A stretch of 64,000 nt of DNA, from NCBI GenBank assembly GCA_050084985.1, contig JBITNC010000001.1, positions 127,410,001 through 127,474,000 of the forward strand, written 5' to 3'. Below the pieces are notes generated by a model, which did not search any database, was not told where the DNA came from, and saw only the letters and a program-made list of their open reading frames with translations. Position numbers and translations under genes: made by a program. This document shows, one piece after another, positions 1 through 13,435 of the stretch. Source of the DNA: Nageia nagi. Its lineage: Eukaryota; Plantae; Pinophyta. Position 1 is the first letter of the stretch; every line of letters starts with the position of its first letter.

Positions 1-1519
1 ATGTAATAAAATGCATTCAATTATTGGACATGAAAGATAAATAAGATTTTCATATCAGAAATTTATTTTTGGTGCTAAAGAATAATAAAAGAACGCAGTT
101 TGTCATTCAGGCAGAGTTCTCCTTCTAACTGCTTTACTTGGATATCATTTTTGGTATCATCTTCCACGTTCAAAGGCTTATTTATGTGCACGGGTGACGG
201 TGCAATGTATATAGAGAGTCCTATATAATTGTTGCTTGTTTAAGTCAGTTGCTATCAAAGTTTGGGTGTTTGATGCAATGGTTGGTCTTTTGATGCCAGC
301 CTTCTTGGTCAATCTATTGGAGTGTATATATGCATCATGGTTGCAAAGATCAGGAATAAATTGTTGCTAAGAGCTAACATCATGATGTGTTAAAAGCTAA
401 CTTTATGATGTTTTTGCATTCAAAGAGATTTATAATTAAATTTGTAAAATTGTCGAGAAATACCAAAAACCGTGGTTTGTTAAACACTGACAAAATCAGG
501 ATAAGTGCCTATACTATATTCAAAAATCAGTGCAAAAAACTGGAAGTATTATCTTGAACAAATCTGTGCATAAAAACAGGCTCAAGAGATCAAACATGGA
601 AAAAAAGTTAAAAGTGTACAACATAAGGTCTTTTGCTGAATGGTCAAAACACTGGAGTCAGTATATTGCAAGCTGAAAATTTGTAATCAAGTTGTGAGAG
701 TTTTTTGCACAATATTAAAAATCCTAGTTGAGCCAGTATTTTGGAAGCTGAAAATCTTATCAACTTGTAGGACGGTCTCCAAAAGATTTCAGATTATTGA
801 GGTAGTTAGAGAGAACAAATGGGATTTCTGTTGTAATCTATTAAGTTGCAAGGTTCTACATAAAAAAAGAGCGGAACAAATATATAGATTGCTGTGTACC
901 TTGTAAATAGACTGAGAGGCTGTTTCTGTAGCCTTTTTGTTCTCTGTTTATGTTGTAAGAGTAGTGACTGTAAACATTGCATGCTAACAGCATCCGAATC
1001 CTTTGGCATGCAAAGCCTGCTTCTTTTCCGAGTGTTTCAACCGTATATTTTATGTTATGGTATCTAGTTGTAATTTATATCGTATATTTTAAATTTTAGT
1101 GCTATTTATTTTGAGACTTGCTGATCACAATTTTTGCAACCATCATATATATATATTCACCTTTCAAATACTCTCTTGAGTCTTGAGTGCCACTTGCCTT
1201 TCAATGGATAGGAAGCACATCAACAAAGCAGTTAGAGAGGAAATTTAGTTTTCACCAGGATTATTACACTGAGACACTTAACCCCCTCCTTGGGAAACCT
1301 GTGCCCTTGCGTTTCCTAATTCAACACTCCTGTCGCAACTACTCCAAATACATCGACGGACAAATTTTCTCTCTATGATCTGATTTTTCAAATAAAAAAT
1401 CTAGCAATGTAGATAAAGACCATTCCATACAACAGAGTATAAAGTATAATAGAAATTATATTTATTTTTCATAACTCTGAAAAGTCCTAGAATTTTTACT
1501 AGTAAATTAATAATCTACT

Positions 1520-1630
1520 TGTCGTCCCCTTGCCGTTCCTGAGCTGTCCCATAAAATCTGGTCCCCGTCCTCTGCCATCCTCGGAAATGCATTTCTTTGA
1601 ACCCCCATACCCGATACTTGTGTAACTTGG
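1520..1630. mobile_element. Probable end of a hAT-like non-autonomous element
   Basis: Clustered GTCCCC subterminal motifs ending in GTGTAACTTGG; partner end not found. Confidence 0.4.
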
Positions 1631-2447
1631 TTTTCACCAATAACTAAAGCCAAAATATTTATTCAATCTGTGACACATGATTTGACTAATGACTATATGG
1701 ATGACAAATCTTATCAGACAGTGCCAAATAATAACACTTCTGGTCAACCAGTATCATAAACAATCATTTCTAGATATTATTTATTATTGTAAATGTTGTC
1801 AAATTTGAGAATTGTGTGCTATTAATCATAATTATAATTGGTGATAATGGATTCAACTACTTTTTCTATTCATGAAGCTTGTGAAGTTCAACCATGATGT
1901 TATTGATTAACTATTAATCTTGACTGGGCTGGATTAATCCTGACTTGGTGCATAGTTATTGTGTATATTTGTCATGATCATATTGCATTATTGATTATCT
2001 TTCAGAAGAGCTTCAAGGATGAAGTTGAATCAGATAGAAAGGACATGTAATATACCTAATTAACTGATCATTAGTTATCATGGGATAGGATGCATGGTAC
2101 CTCTTTCCTTAGAGGCTTTTGGACTACCAAAGGATCCAATCACCATTGTCTTTTGACAATCATTCATTCCTTTATTCAAGCATATTCTAAGTGTTATCCC
2201 TATGGGTGCATTGACATCAGTGTGCATTTTTTTCGTTTTTTTATTGCTACTGTAGTCTGTAGTTATGATCTTATAAAGTGCTTTGGTACAATTATACTAT
2301 GACCATGGTTTGTATACATTTGTGGGTAGATCATATCTTCATTAGAGATCAAATAATTTGCATATGAAAGCAAACTTCTGATTGCATGGAACTACTTGAT
2401 GTTTAGCGTTCTCTTTTATGTGATGGAATCTGTTTGCTACATTTCAG

Positions 2448-2560
2448 GAATGATTGTTGCAACAGAATTGGTAACATGGAAAGCATTAATGTACATCAAT
2501 GGATGTGAATCACCAGTTGCTGTTGTGCTTACAGGAAGCATGGAACCTGGATTTAAGAGA
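2448..2560 (+). CDS. SEC11: Signal peptidase complex catalytic subunit SEC11, internal exon carrying the catalytic Ser motif
   Basis: catttcag|GAATG...TTTAAGAGA|gtatgt; translates to (G)[37 protein letters not shown], matching the plant SEC11 [18 protein letters not shown] motif. Confidence 0.95.
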
Positions 2561-3668
2561 GTATGTGTTATAAGTTTTTTTTGAAATGAGCATTTTAATT
2601 TTGTGTTGAGCAATTGTGCCTGCATTCTGTTTTGCTTTCTAATTTACTTGCCCACTAACTTGAGCGCGCCTGCAATGGCTACTGGTTGCACATACTAATC
2701 CAAAGTACTCATAGACGTAAACATTTTATATTCCAAGATTGTGAGGAAGATATGACTGTGCATGGGAAATCTTTTATGCTGAAGGAGAGACAATCTTTAT
2801 GTGATTCAATTTGTTTCGTTGATTTTTCTTCTTATTGAAATATCCAAGCTGTATATTTTATAGTTGATGTTTTTCTGTCAGTAATCCTTTTCTTTAATGT
2901 TTCATGATGCGTGCAATACTTTCAAAGCTCAGTCGAGGAATCTCTCTGTTTTGGATATAATCAAGTTAGTCTTAATTTTTTCTTTGTGGAATCCTCTCTA
3001 GCCTTCGTTTGTCAATATAGACTCCACTTTATTTATGTATTTCCCAATTTCTTACTCTTAATCCTTTCTCAAGGGGCAGTGCTTCCATTGTACTACTGGT
3101 GAGCTAGCTTGTTAGCAAACATCCTAATAGCCAGACTCTGCAAAAAAACAAAAAAAAAAAAAACTTGATACATTTTTTCTTAGCTAATTGTTGGGATATT
3201 CTTGATACATTTTTTGCCTGGGATTACTTAGAAATCAACAATCACGATTTTTGCAACTATGGCCAGCATTTGTGTATTTAATGATTAATGTATCAATACT
3301 ATCAAAGCTTTCAAGTTTACACCAAAACATATATTTTATCAAAATTTTTAGTTTACACCAAAACACACACTTCATTTTGTCATCTCATATGCATCTAGTC
3401 GACACTTATGGCGTTGCTTCTCTTTATTTTTGTTATCTGAAGCATTTTATTTCTGTTTTAATCAGTAAAATAACAATACTATTCTGAATGTTAATTATTG
3501 GGTGATTAAAACAATGGGTTTCAAATAATGTCTCAAAGGCTGAGTATCTTGTCAATAAAACCTATTCTGGTAAATATATATGCCTTTTCTTTGAAATCAC
3601 AATAATTATCAGTTTCTCAGCAATAGCCTTTGCTAATTGACAATAAGTGGCTTTAACTTTTTTTTCAG
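2561..3668 (+). other. SEC11: SEC11 intron (1,108 bp)
   Basis: GT-AG boundaries between consecutive in-frame exons. Confidence 0.93.
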
Positions 3669-3740
3669 GGTGACATTTTGTTTCTCCATATGAGCGAAGC
3701 ACCCATTCAAACAGGAGAAGTTGTTGTATTCCATGTTGAT
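3669..3740 (+). CDS. SEC11: SEC11 internal exon
   Basis: tttttcag|GGTGAC...GTTGAT|gtacgt; GDILFLHMSEAPIQTGEVVVFHVD continues the previous exon in phase 0. Confidence 0.95.
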
Positions 3741-4295
3741 GTACGTATTTCTGTTCGTCTTCAATTTTTGTTTCTCAAGCAAAACAGGATTTTGCGTTGA
3801 TAAATGGTGAGAGGCAAAAAGGATGCATGTCATATGCACTTGAAGTCTGTGATCTGTGATAGCAAAAATAGAGCACAATGTACAAGACAACAAAAAAACG
3901 GAATGGACTTACAGAGCCATTCTGCTTTGTCATTTTAACTTACTTGGTTCCCTCCAACTTTTCCATCATTTACCTGTGAGCTCTTCCTTTGTTTTCCATA
4001 TTTTTTTCGATCAATTAAAATTGAGCTTTCAAGGCTAAATGGAAATTGATAGTCAATAATTTCACTTGTAATAAAATTTAATTTTTCATTTGACATTGAC
4101 ATTTCAAATTCCTTTCGTTGTTTTGATGACAAATTGATTCAAAATAAACTAGGACTCGTTTGTGATGAATGGTCATACTAAGCATGTAGACGAGGAATTA
4201 TATCAATCAAATCTGATAATAACTATTTCTATCAACTGATTTTACAAAAACCTATCTGTAGCCCTTGTTGCCATCCACATTTTACAAATGTTGTC

Positions 4296-4443
4296 AGTTT
4301 TGACTATTGAGTGGCAATACTAGTGATTATGACCTTGTATTCCAAATCAATCTTTTGAGCTTTAGTTGTAAGTTTTGACTATTAAGTGGCAGTACTAGTG
4401 ATTATGACCTTGTAGTCCAAATCAATCTTTTGAGCTTTAGTTA
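4296..4443. repeat. 75-bp tandem duplication
   Basis: AGTTTTGACTATT...GAGCTTTAGTT at 4296 and 4371. Confidence 0.9.
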
Positions 4444-5429
4444 TGAGATTATTCATTACCTATTAAAATTGATCTCAGTTGGATTTCTTTAGACTCAACA
4501 CATAGTTATTGTCAATATATTTGAAGATCATATATTTTATATTCTTCTTGAGCTTCAAGAACAAAGCTCTTTCAATGTGGGATGGCTTGTTATATGGCTA
4601 ATTAATTTATCACTAGTTGTCACAGGACACCTTGTAAGGGTGTAACTCTTTGGTCCCACAAATAGTCATATGTATAATCACTTGTACATACAAATCATAT
4701 CTTTCTTTATGAATATAAAATGTTACCTTTATATTTATAATTCCTTGTATATTTCCCTTACAGTTATAGACTACTACACTCATAAACCATGCAAAAGAAT
4801 TTTAGTTAACTCGAAATGCTTTGGATATGTTTTTATGTGTTAGGCATTTCCACATTAGACCAGACCCGTATTGTTGACTATGCAACACACCCCTAATTTT
4901 GCAAAATTTGGGGACCCACTATCAGCAAACAGGAGTAATGCCTTGAAAGTGATTTGGGAAGGGCGTAAAATCTGAAGTTTGGTTACTATTGGTTGCAACA
5001 TCTATGAGCTTGAGCTCGAGAGGACCAAAACCATAGCTTCGAATATCTCAAAATATGGAGGTTGGCCAAATTGACTCAAAATGGGTCTATTCCTCGACAT
5101 CACTGGGAGGGACAAATTCGAGCAAAAAAACCACTAAGTATAGAGCTCCAAAATGGTGGTCGCATGATTTGGTAGAGATACATATCCAACTTCCAAGAAT
5201 GGTGTGACCGTGCATTCAAAACCCCTCCATTGGTCTTCCCAAGTGGCCTCTTGCATGTGGGAAAAATGGCAACAAAGTGTTTATAAATACCCCCCATCAC
5301 ATTGAGAAATGACTAAGTCCCTAGCCAACATGCCACATTCCTAATTTTTTTGAAGGGTGCGAATGCAAGTGACAATGAATTGGTTATAAATGGGCCTCAT
5401 GTTCTTCAAAATGGCTAAGTCCCAACTAC

Positions 5430-7030
5430 ATCTTAAGAGAGGAGGAAGACCTCTATTTATAGGATAAAGTCCTCTCTTTAACCACCCTTTTACCCAAGGG
5501 TTCTAATTGAAACTTGTAAAATATTTAATTCACTAAATACTTAAAGGTATTTAGAGATACTCTAAGTATTAAGTGGGTTACATAAAGGAGAGGTATTACA
5601 CAATAATGCATTATAAATTCTAACATTCCCTGTTAATGCAATATTGGATGGAGAGTCAAGAAGATAGAGAGAGAAAGAGGAGGAGAGTTCTCCATAATAA
5701 TACAATCGGAGATGAAAACTTGCGAGAAAGTAATAGAATTTAGAAGGTTCTATAAGGCTTAACTACTTAACCATTTTAACAAATGCTTTGCAATACAATC
5801 ATTAACCACAAATGGTTTCAATGTACAAGAGTAGTCATTCAACAAGTTGACATGATGAGTTTCTATGAACCTGCATATCTGAAGTAGGTAACCTGCAATC
5901 TCTGGAAGAAACTTGCAAGTTACAAATAACTCATAAACAAGATCAGTAAGATGCATCATAATGCACATTATCAACCATGATATATACATGCACATCACAA
6001 AATATATCACATATGAGCATGTATATCAATGATATATAAATATCCAATGTACATAATATCAAATGCACTATCAACCAAGTGATATAAGTGCATTATCAAC
6101 AAGGATATATGAAATATCTACAGAAATATACGAAATATCCACAAGTGCACAAACAAAATGTGCACAACATGATCACCAATCATCGTAAAAAAAAATTGAC
6201 TTTGGATTTTGATTTTTGTTTGTTTTAGATCATTATTTGTGTTTGTTTTTGGTATGAAGTTGTCATCATATCATAACATTACCCCTTGAGGGCAACTTCA
6301 TTAATAAATTCATACTTTTAAACTTCTCAAATGTTTGAGGAGACTATAACCAAATATAGCAAAATTATATTTCTCAATATAAATTTTTCAGGCCATCATA
6401 TGTTAAGATACATTATACACATGCTATCTTAACCAAACCATGAGCCATTAAATGTCAACTTGTTTATGGCATCAAATTAATATACATAAGCCACACAAAA
6501 TAACTTGACTATGCCACCAAGTCAAGATTTACGACCCACAAAAAATGCCACAAAATGCCAACTTGACCATGCTACTAATCAAGATGCATATGATGGACGA
6601 AGGTAGCACTAATCCATTAACATGGATTCAACTTCCATCAATGGTAAACATTTGCAATTTTGGAGAAGGGCAAATCTTTTCAACCACTTTAACAATTTGC
6701 AATCATGGAGAAGTGTGAACCTTTTTAACTACGCCAATAGTTTGCAATTTTGGAGAAGGGCGAACCTTTTTAACCACTCCAATAGTTTGCAATTTTGGAG
6801 AAGGGTGAACCTTTTAACTACAACAATTAGCAAACAAATAACCAACAATGTGGCATAAATTCATAAACATGGATACAACTTCCCCAACAAGGAAGTAAAC
6901 AAATGTGGCCAAAGCAATAAGATTTGGGCATAAGAAAAATGGCAAAACATAATTATCATTGAATCAATATGCATCATCACACATTAACTGATGATTAATA
7001 TTATTCAATATGATATTCCCCCTTAAAGGT
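5430..7030 (-). mobile_element. Copia relic: 3' UTR, PPT and partial 3' LTR (LTR starts at 5625); related to the 46595 element
   Basis: The reverse complement of 5430-5960 aligns with 54538-55120 (CCAATATTGCATTAA...TGTTAGAATTT); no pol coding sequence next to it. Confidence 0.8.
6651..6822. repeat. 45-bp tandem repeat x4
   Basis: TTTGCAATTTTGGAGAAGGG units at 6651, 6696, 6741 and 6786. Confidence 0.9.
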
Positions 7031-7914
7031 TTAAGAAATTAAAAAATATTTAAACTTGTCAGGTGGTAATGGCATTAAAAAAAAATCCCCCTCCATGTGC
7101 AATAATAAGAACTTGCAATAAGTAGGAATAATGCAATATGTGTCACGCATGCTAAGAAAGTATTTACAACTTCCATCCACCATAACTTCTTCTACAGCAC
7201 AAAGTTGCACGGCCAAGAGGCTCAACAGTGCATGTATAATGACTCATCCTAGAAAAAAAAAGTTGTAAGGATCCAAACACACCCTCAAGTAAAAATTAGT
7301 AAATTCAATTCCACAAACCTTGATGTTAGGCCTAGGGCATCAATTACAAGCATAACAACACAATATTGCCAACGTTTGAACTAGGGCATCCGCTACAAAC
7401 TCACACAATGCAAGTATGCCAACGCTTGTCTCATACATGCATAAATGGACACACAACGTTGCAATAATGAACACAAGTAAAACACAATATGAGATCCGAA
7501 AGCCCAACGCCTATATAAGATGTACAATGCTCAACAATACAATACCAGGTCCAATAGGGCTGATGTTGGCCTCCAAAGAGCCAATTAGGGCATAATTGAA
7601 TATCTCTCACTACTGGACAAATGATAGAACCATGTGATAGCCTTGCTCCCTCAGAACCTGAATCCTCTCCATCGAAGGAGCCCTCCTTTGATCTTGGTGG
7701 CCAACCGAATGGCAAAAGCTCAACCTCATAATACTATTGGATGGGCAAGGGTGCTGCACCAATGCCGTACATGATCAGGATCCCTCAGCCTAAAAGCCTT
7801 CCTAGATGCTGTACCTAGGGGATTGCTTAGTGCTGCTAAATGAGGCTCCAATGTCTCTTTACACACTCAACTTTGTCCAGATCTCACCTAGGAGTCATCA
7901 CCTAGCTCCTTAAT

Positions 7915-8105
7915 CCCAACGTTAGCCTCTTAGGAGCTTAGAATGCCCAACGTGGGTGTCTAGGGGTTAGGCATGCCAATTTGGGGGTCTGGAGTGCATT
8001 AAGTGCCAATGTGGGGGTCTAGGAGTACCACACATGCCCATGTGGGTCAAGGAGTCATGCATGGGGTCAAGGTGTCATGTTGGGCCAACGTGGGGGTATG
8101 GGAGC
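7915..8105. repeat. Degenerate ~31-bp tandem repeat
   Basis: CCAACGTGGGGGTCTAGGAG-like units, about 6 copies. Confidence 0.7.
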
Positions 8106-10049
8106 ATCCCCAAGGCTGACACATGCATATAAGTGCCCATCCATCCATCTAAGTGTAATAACAGAGTTTGGGATTCTCACAATCAAGATCACGATCTCCA
8201 AGTACAATAATAACACCTAATCTAAGCTTGGGAGGGAGATGTCCTACTTGGGGCTCACACTGGGGTCCATTGACCCATTAAGTCTTCTATCCCAAAAATA
8301 GGCCCTTGGACCAATAAATAAAATCCTAACAACATTGGAAAGATTAAATTTAATCCTATCCCTTAAAATTGAGCGGAGCAAGTAAAATTGTGCCACTTGG
8401 AGGCTTCAAAATGGAGGTCAAAGTCCTCATTGACCGACGGATACGCGGGTTTGTTTTTGGTGATCAAATGCCATGTCAGGCGGCTTCACTAGTTGTAGGT
8501 GGTTTGAAATCTCCTCACGTGGGTGACTTAGTATTTGCACCCTTTTAGAGTGGTCAACATTTAAAAAGGCGAGGTCAACCTTGACAAGTGCGTGCGGGCT
8601 ATTTTCTATTCCCAAAACTTTACTACCTCCACGTGACTGGTGGATCGCAGGCACATACTGAGTTAGGTAGGCGGCTTCAGACTTGCACGTCGGTTTCCAC
8701 TATGGTCCCCTTGTTTCCCCCCATCGGCCTCCACGTCTGAGGATTGGGTGGCTACTTGATGTGGCTCCAAATGAGTGGGGTCTCCACTGTTTTCCTCATC
8801 GTCGATTAGTCAAAAGACATGCTAGCACCTGGTTATATGACTTCCCCATCTTGTTGTCTCCTCCACTATGTTGGGTACCTCGTTGGCCCCTCTTCACATT
8901 GCCCTGCTGGTGTTTGATTCAACAATCCTGTGTCATATGTGCAAGCGGCAGATAGATGTCAAACTCCTCACATTGAATTTGAAGACTTCCACACCTCCAT
9001 AACACTGAAGGCTTTTTGCAGAGGCTAATCTCCCTAATAGCGGCCAGGCTTCTCTCTGAGCTCCTTGTACATGTTTAACCTCCAAGCGATGGACCTCTTC
9101 CATGTCGGCTTTGTTTCAATAGTTGCCTATAGGTCGGCTTAGGCTATTGGCGCCCCTTCTCGCACGTGCGGCCGAATTCCTACATACGGCTCCCACACAA
9201 ACGTCTGGGGTCCATTGGTTGTGGCACAAACTCTCTTGTGTGCGAGGGTGAGGTGGAGAGTATTTTCCATCTGTCACTTTAAACTTGCCTATCATCCTTT
9301 TTCATCCGATTGGTATTTTTGAAATAAACTTAGGTATTTCCAATGCATTGCAACCATTAACGTATAATTGACATATTTTAATTTTTAACCTTTTACGAAG
9401 GTTTCACCATGCCAATAATTAAAACTCTTTTGAAATACCTTATTTCAAACTAAATAATCGAAATTTATAATAATAATCTTTAATTATTATTTAAAAATTT
9501 GAAATTTTTACGTATTTGAAAAATAGCTTAAACTTAATATTGAGTAAAGCTCCTAAATTTTAAATACTCTTGTAGGACCTACGCCTACACCATCGAAATG
9601 AAGATTATGCCTTTATTACAGAGAGAAAATAGAGATTTAAAATTTCACCATTAAACGGATCCAGATTTGGATCAGCGGATCAAAAGGTGTGCTAGGCATA
9701 AAGGCATGCACAGCCTCGTTGAGACGACCCTTCTTGGAAGAGAGTTTGAGAGACTTCCAACAACAATATGAATGCAATCATATGTGCAACATAACCCCTA
9801 AAAACTCAAACATTGCACTCAAAGGGCCACACGAGGGTTTTCAAGAAAGGCATAAACTTCAGGAAGGAAAGCAATGAACTTAGGTATGTGTTTTCGAGAA
9901 TGGCTTGTCCAAATCCGAAAATGAGGACATAGGTATGGTAGAGGGTGCAAAATTGAGCAAGTTTGACCTTGAAGATGATGGATTTGGACCAAAGATGCAA
10001 AATCTATGTCTAGGTGCACATTTGGGGGGGCTTTGGTGATATCAAAGCC

Positions 10050-11130
10050 CAAATTTTAGTGCCTAGCTTCTAGGCATGACAAATGGTGAAAATTTTGAAG
10101 TGTCCAAACAAAATTTTGAAGAAATGGGAGCATGCACAAGGTGATTCTAAGGCACTTTAGGTCTTGGAAATTTCGATTTTGAACAAGTTCGAGGCCCCAA
10201 AACCTTAGGCACACTTTTCCATGTCATTGAATGCATCAAAGAGGTTCATTTTGGCACCTAACTCCAAGAGGCAAAATGGGATTTTGCTAAAAATCAAATT
10301 TAAACTCATGGTTGGATAGAAGGGGCTATTCTAAGACACATTAACACTTGAAATTTTCAATTTTGGTCAAGTTTAGAGGCCTAAAAGGTTAGGTGCACAT
10401 TTCCATACCATTGAGTGCCTTAAAGGGGTGTGAAATGGCACCTAGAACAAGCAGACAAAATTGGATTTTGGGAGAAAATCAATTTTGAAGAGATGAGAAC
10501 ATGCACAAGGCCATTCTAAGGCACTTTAGGTCTTGGAATTTGTGATTTTGATCAACTTTTTCACCTCAAAACCCTAGGCACATTTTTCCATGACATTGAG
10601 GCATCCAAAGGGGTGATTTTTAGCGCTTAACTCCTAGAGGCAAAATGGTATGGTGGGAAAAATGAAATTGGAATTCATAGGTGCATGGAAGAGCCCATTT
10701 TAAACACATTTAAACTATGAATGTTTGCATTTTGAGCAAGTTTGATGCCCCAAAAAGTTAGGCGGGGTTTTCCAAGGCTTTGAGAGTCTCAAAGGGGTGA
10801 AAACTAACTCCTAAATCAAGGAGAAAAGTACAAATTTGCAAGGAAACAAATTCTAAGCACATCATTGCATGGGGAGGGCCATTTCAAACATATTTAGAAC
10901 TTGAAAATTTGATTTTTGACAATGGTGCCCAAAATCCTAGGCGCACTTCTACATGGCATTGAGATCATCAAAGGCATGAGAAATGGCACCTATCTTCATG
11001 GAGAAAAACCAAATTTTGGGCATGCCAAGGCATAGAAGGGGTCATTCTAAGCACAATTAATCTTTGAAATTTTCCATTTTGACCATTCTTGAGGCCTCAA
11101 ATATCAAGGCGCACTTCTACATGGCATTGG
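10050..11130. repeat. Degenerate ~184-bp tandem array (~6 units)
   Basis: ATTCTAAG-like anchors near 10145, 10328, 10514, 10697, 10881 and 11044, with recurring TGGCACCTA and CATTGA motifs. Confidence 0.75.
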
Positions 11131-11149
11131 TCATCAAAGTTAGGTAGGG

Positions 11150-13435
11150 TTTTCCAGTCATATGATTGAAACAACCACTGTCCAGATACCAAATCTGATC
11201 ATCAACAACTTCAAAGTCGTGCATCAAAAATAGGTTGACATCGCAATTGGACTTTTCAATGAAGTTGGCTTTGGGTTGTTTCTTCTTCTTCTAGAAACAT
11301 TGTTGTTCTATGTGATCGTCTTTACCACAAAAGTCACGATGTTGGGGGGATGAGCTTTGGTTACGACCTTATGAGCGACCTCTTCTTCTACCGCGACTGC
11401 CTCTACGACCTCTATCACCATGGCCTCTTTCGCGGCCTCTTGAAGAAGAGTTGGAATTGGAGAAAGTGGAAGCTTGATCATTCTTTCTAAGCTTACTTGG
11501 AAAGCTTGATCAAGCTCATCAAACCTATCTTTGATTCTTTTCTCATAGGTCTGTAAGCTTCCAAGTAACTCAATCAAAGTGAGTTGAGACATGTCCTTAG
11601 ACTCCTCTATTGCAATGGTGATGAGCTCAAACCACTGAGGAAGACTTCTAAGAACCTTTTCAATAATTCGGGTGTCATTAAGATCCTCACCATGAGAATG
11701 AATGGCAATGACCAGGTTCTGAACTTTGTTCATGAAGACCTCAATGGTCTCATCATTAGCCATTTTGAGAGATTCAAAGTCTCTTCGGAGCATTTGCAGC
11801 TTGGCGACTCTGACCTTGTCAAAACCCTTGCAGGCACTCTCAAGCGTATCCCAAGCATCTTTTGAAACTTTGCATTCTGCTATCCTAGGAAAGATTGAAA
11901 CATCTATACCACTTTGTAATGCAAACAAAGCTTTGGCATCCTTCTTCTGGGTGTCCAAAAGCTCCTTTTTCTCATTTGCTGTGAGTAGTGCAAATATTGC
12001 TGCATTTACTTCTGTATAACCCTGAGAGATAAGAGTCCACAGGTCTTGAAATATGAGAAAAGTTCTCATTTTGATGCTCCATTATTCATAGTGTTCAAAA
12101 TGAACATAGGGATCGACAACTAAGAGAAATTTCCATCCTTTGAATCCATTTTAACCCAATAAATCGTACAACTTTGATACCAATTGAAGAATTTGAGATG
12201 TTGCAGTCAATAAAAGAATAGTTGTGGTCAAATATGAAGTAGCCACGGCCAAGCAAGGAGCAAGATGCGATCAAACAAAGTTGTTGTATGGAAGAATAGA
12301 GTTTTTTCCATTAGGAACAATGCAAAAGTTGGATTGCCGCACTTTGAGGCTATTGACGTCAACAAGAGCTTTGCCATGATGCGGGAAAGGGAAAAGGCAG
12401 AATGTGACACTTTAGAGTTGATGACATCAACAAGTAGATTGCCACGATTCAGGGTCAGTAAGAAAATAGAGCAATGCTGCACTTTTGCATGGATGCCATC
12501 AATAAAAATGTTGCTACAGTGCAACACAAGTACAAAAGGCAGAATGCCGCGATTTCCAAGCAATGTCATCCACAAAAGTGTGAACAAGGCTTGACAAGGC
12601 TTTGTACATCATGGTAAGGCACAACAAGCACAATACAACACGATAAAGCACCAAAATACGTTCGATGAGTAAGGAAAGCTCTCGAGAAGCTTGAAACACA
12701 CTCTGTCTTGAAGATGGAGGTCCAACAAAGCTCTGGGGGGCCCAAAAACATATTCAAACAAGTGCAAGAAGGGAAATTCGGTTTGGATGTGATTCCAACA
12801 AGGAAAATCACAAAACTGAAGAGCTAAGTCAAAGACTTAAGCATTCAAACTTACCCAAAACAAGGCAACAAAAATGCAAACCAGAATATCTCACTACTAA
12901 AAACACAAAACAAGAATCTGACTAATACCCAAAAGCTAAAATGTGGACTTAACAGTGAGAAATACCTCAAACCATCCTCAATATGCTTGCACGAAGAGCC
13001 CGAGTCATACACGGTCGCTTAACCACACGAAAAGAATGAAAACAAAGAGTTGTAAAGCAAACAAAATGTTTTCCAATATGAGTGCTAAAAATAGTAGCAT
13101 AACATTACAATAATCTCTTCTCTATATTCTACAAAGGAAAACTAAGTCTTATTTATAGATACAAAAGATGGAGTATTGGAGACTTCAAGAAATCAGGGGG
13201 ATCACTGTTCGCTCAAAGAATTAGGAAAAACATAAATGAAATCTGTTAGAAAGGGATGGATGACCATGTTTATGCATCCAAGGAAAATTTGATCAGATTG
13301 TGAACATTAAAGTTCAACTACATGCCTGCAAAGGGAAATAAATGCCGGTAGGTGAAGAATCAATCTGCTGCGTAGTAACCGTTGGAGATGTGTGTGCGGA
13401 AGATGCGACCAAGAAAGGGAATTCAAACTTGAACA
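11150..13435 (-). mobile_element. Truncated copia element of another family: 5' LTR (~13435-12185), PBS (12182-12172), gag and start of protease
   Basis: CTTCA-AT-TGGTATCAAAG on the - strand; LTR outer boundary tentative. Confidence 0.75.
11153..12149 (-). pseudogene. Copia gag plus zinc knuckle and protease start
   Basis: WSIKMRTFL..QDLW, KLQMLRRDFESLKM, CDFCGKDDH..QQC, WYLDSGCFNHMTG; frameshifted and truncated. Confidence 0.9.

Noticed and set aside
200-1330. LTR of a SIRE-like copia element
   Set aside because: The composition is suggestive but no termini, PBS or partner LTR could be identified
2396-2584. 62-aa ORF as a complete gene
   Set aside because: It is a SEC11 exon read through into intron sequence on both sides
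6622-6858. Repeat-peptide ORF (LQFWRRANLFN)n
   Set aside because: By-product of a 45-bp tandem repeat in a retroelement relic; no evidence of coding function
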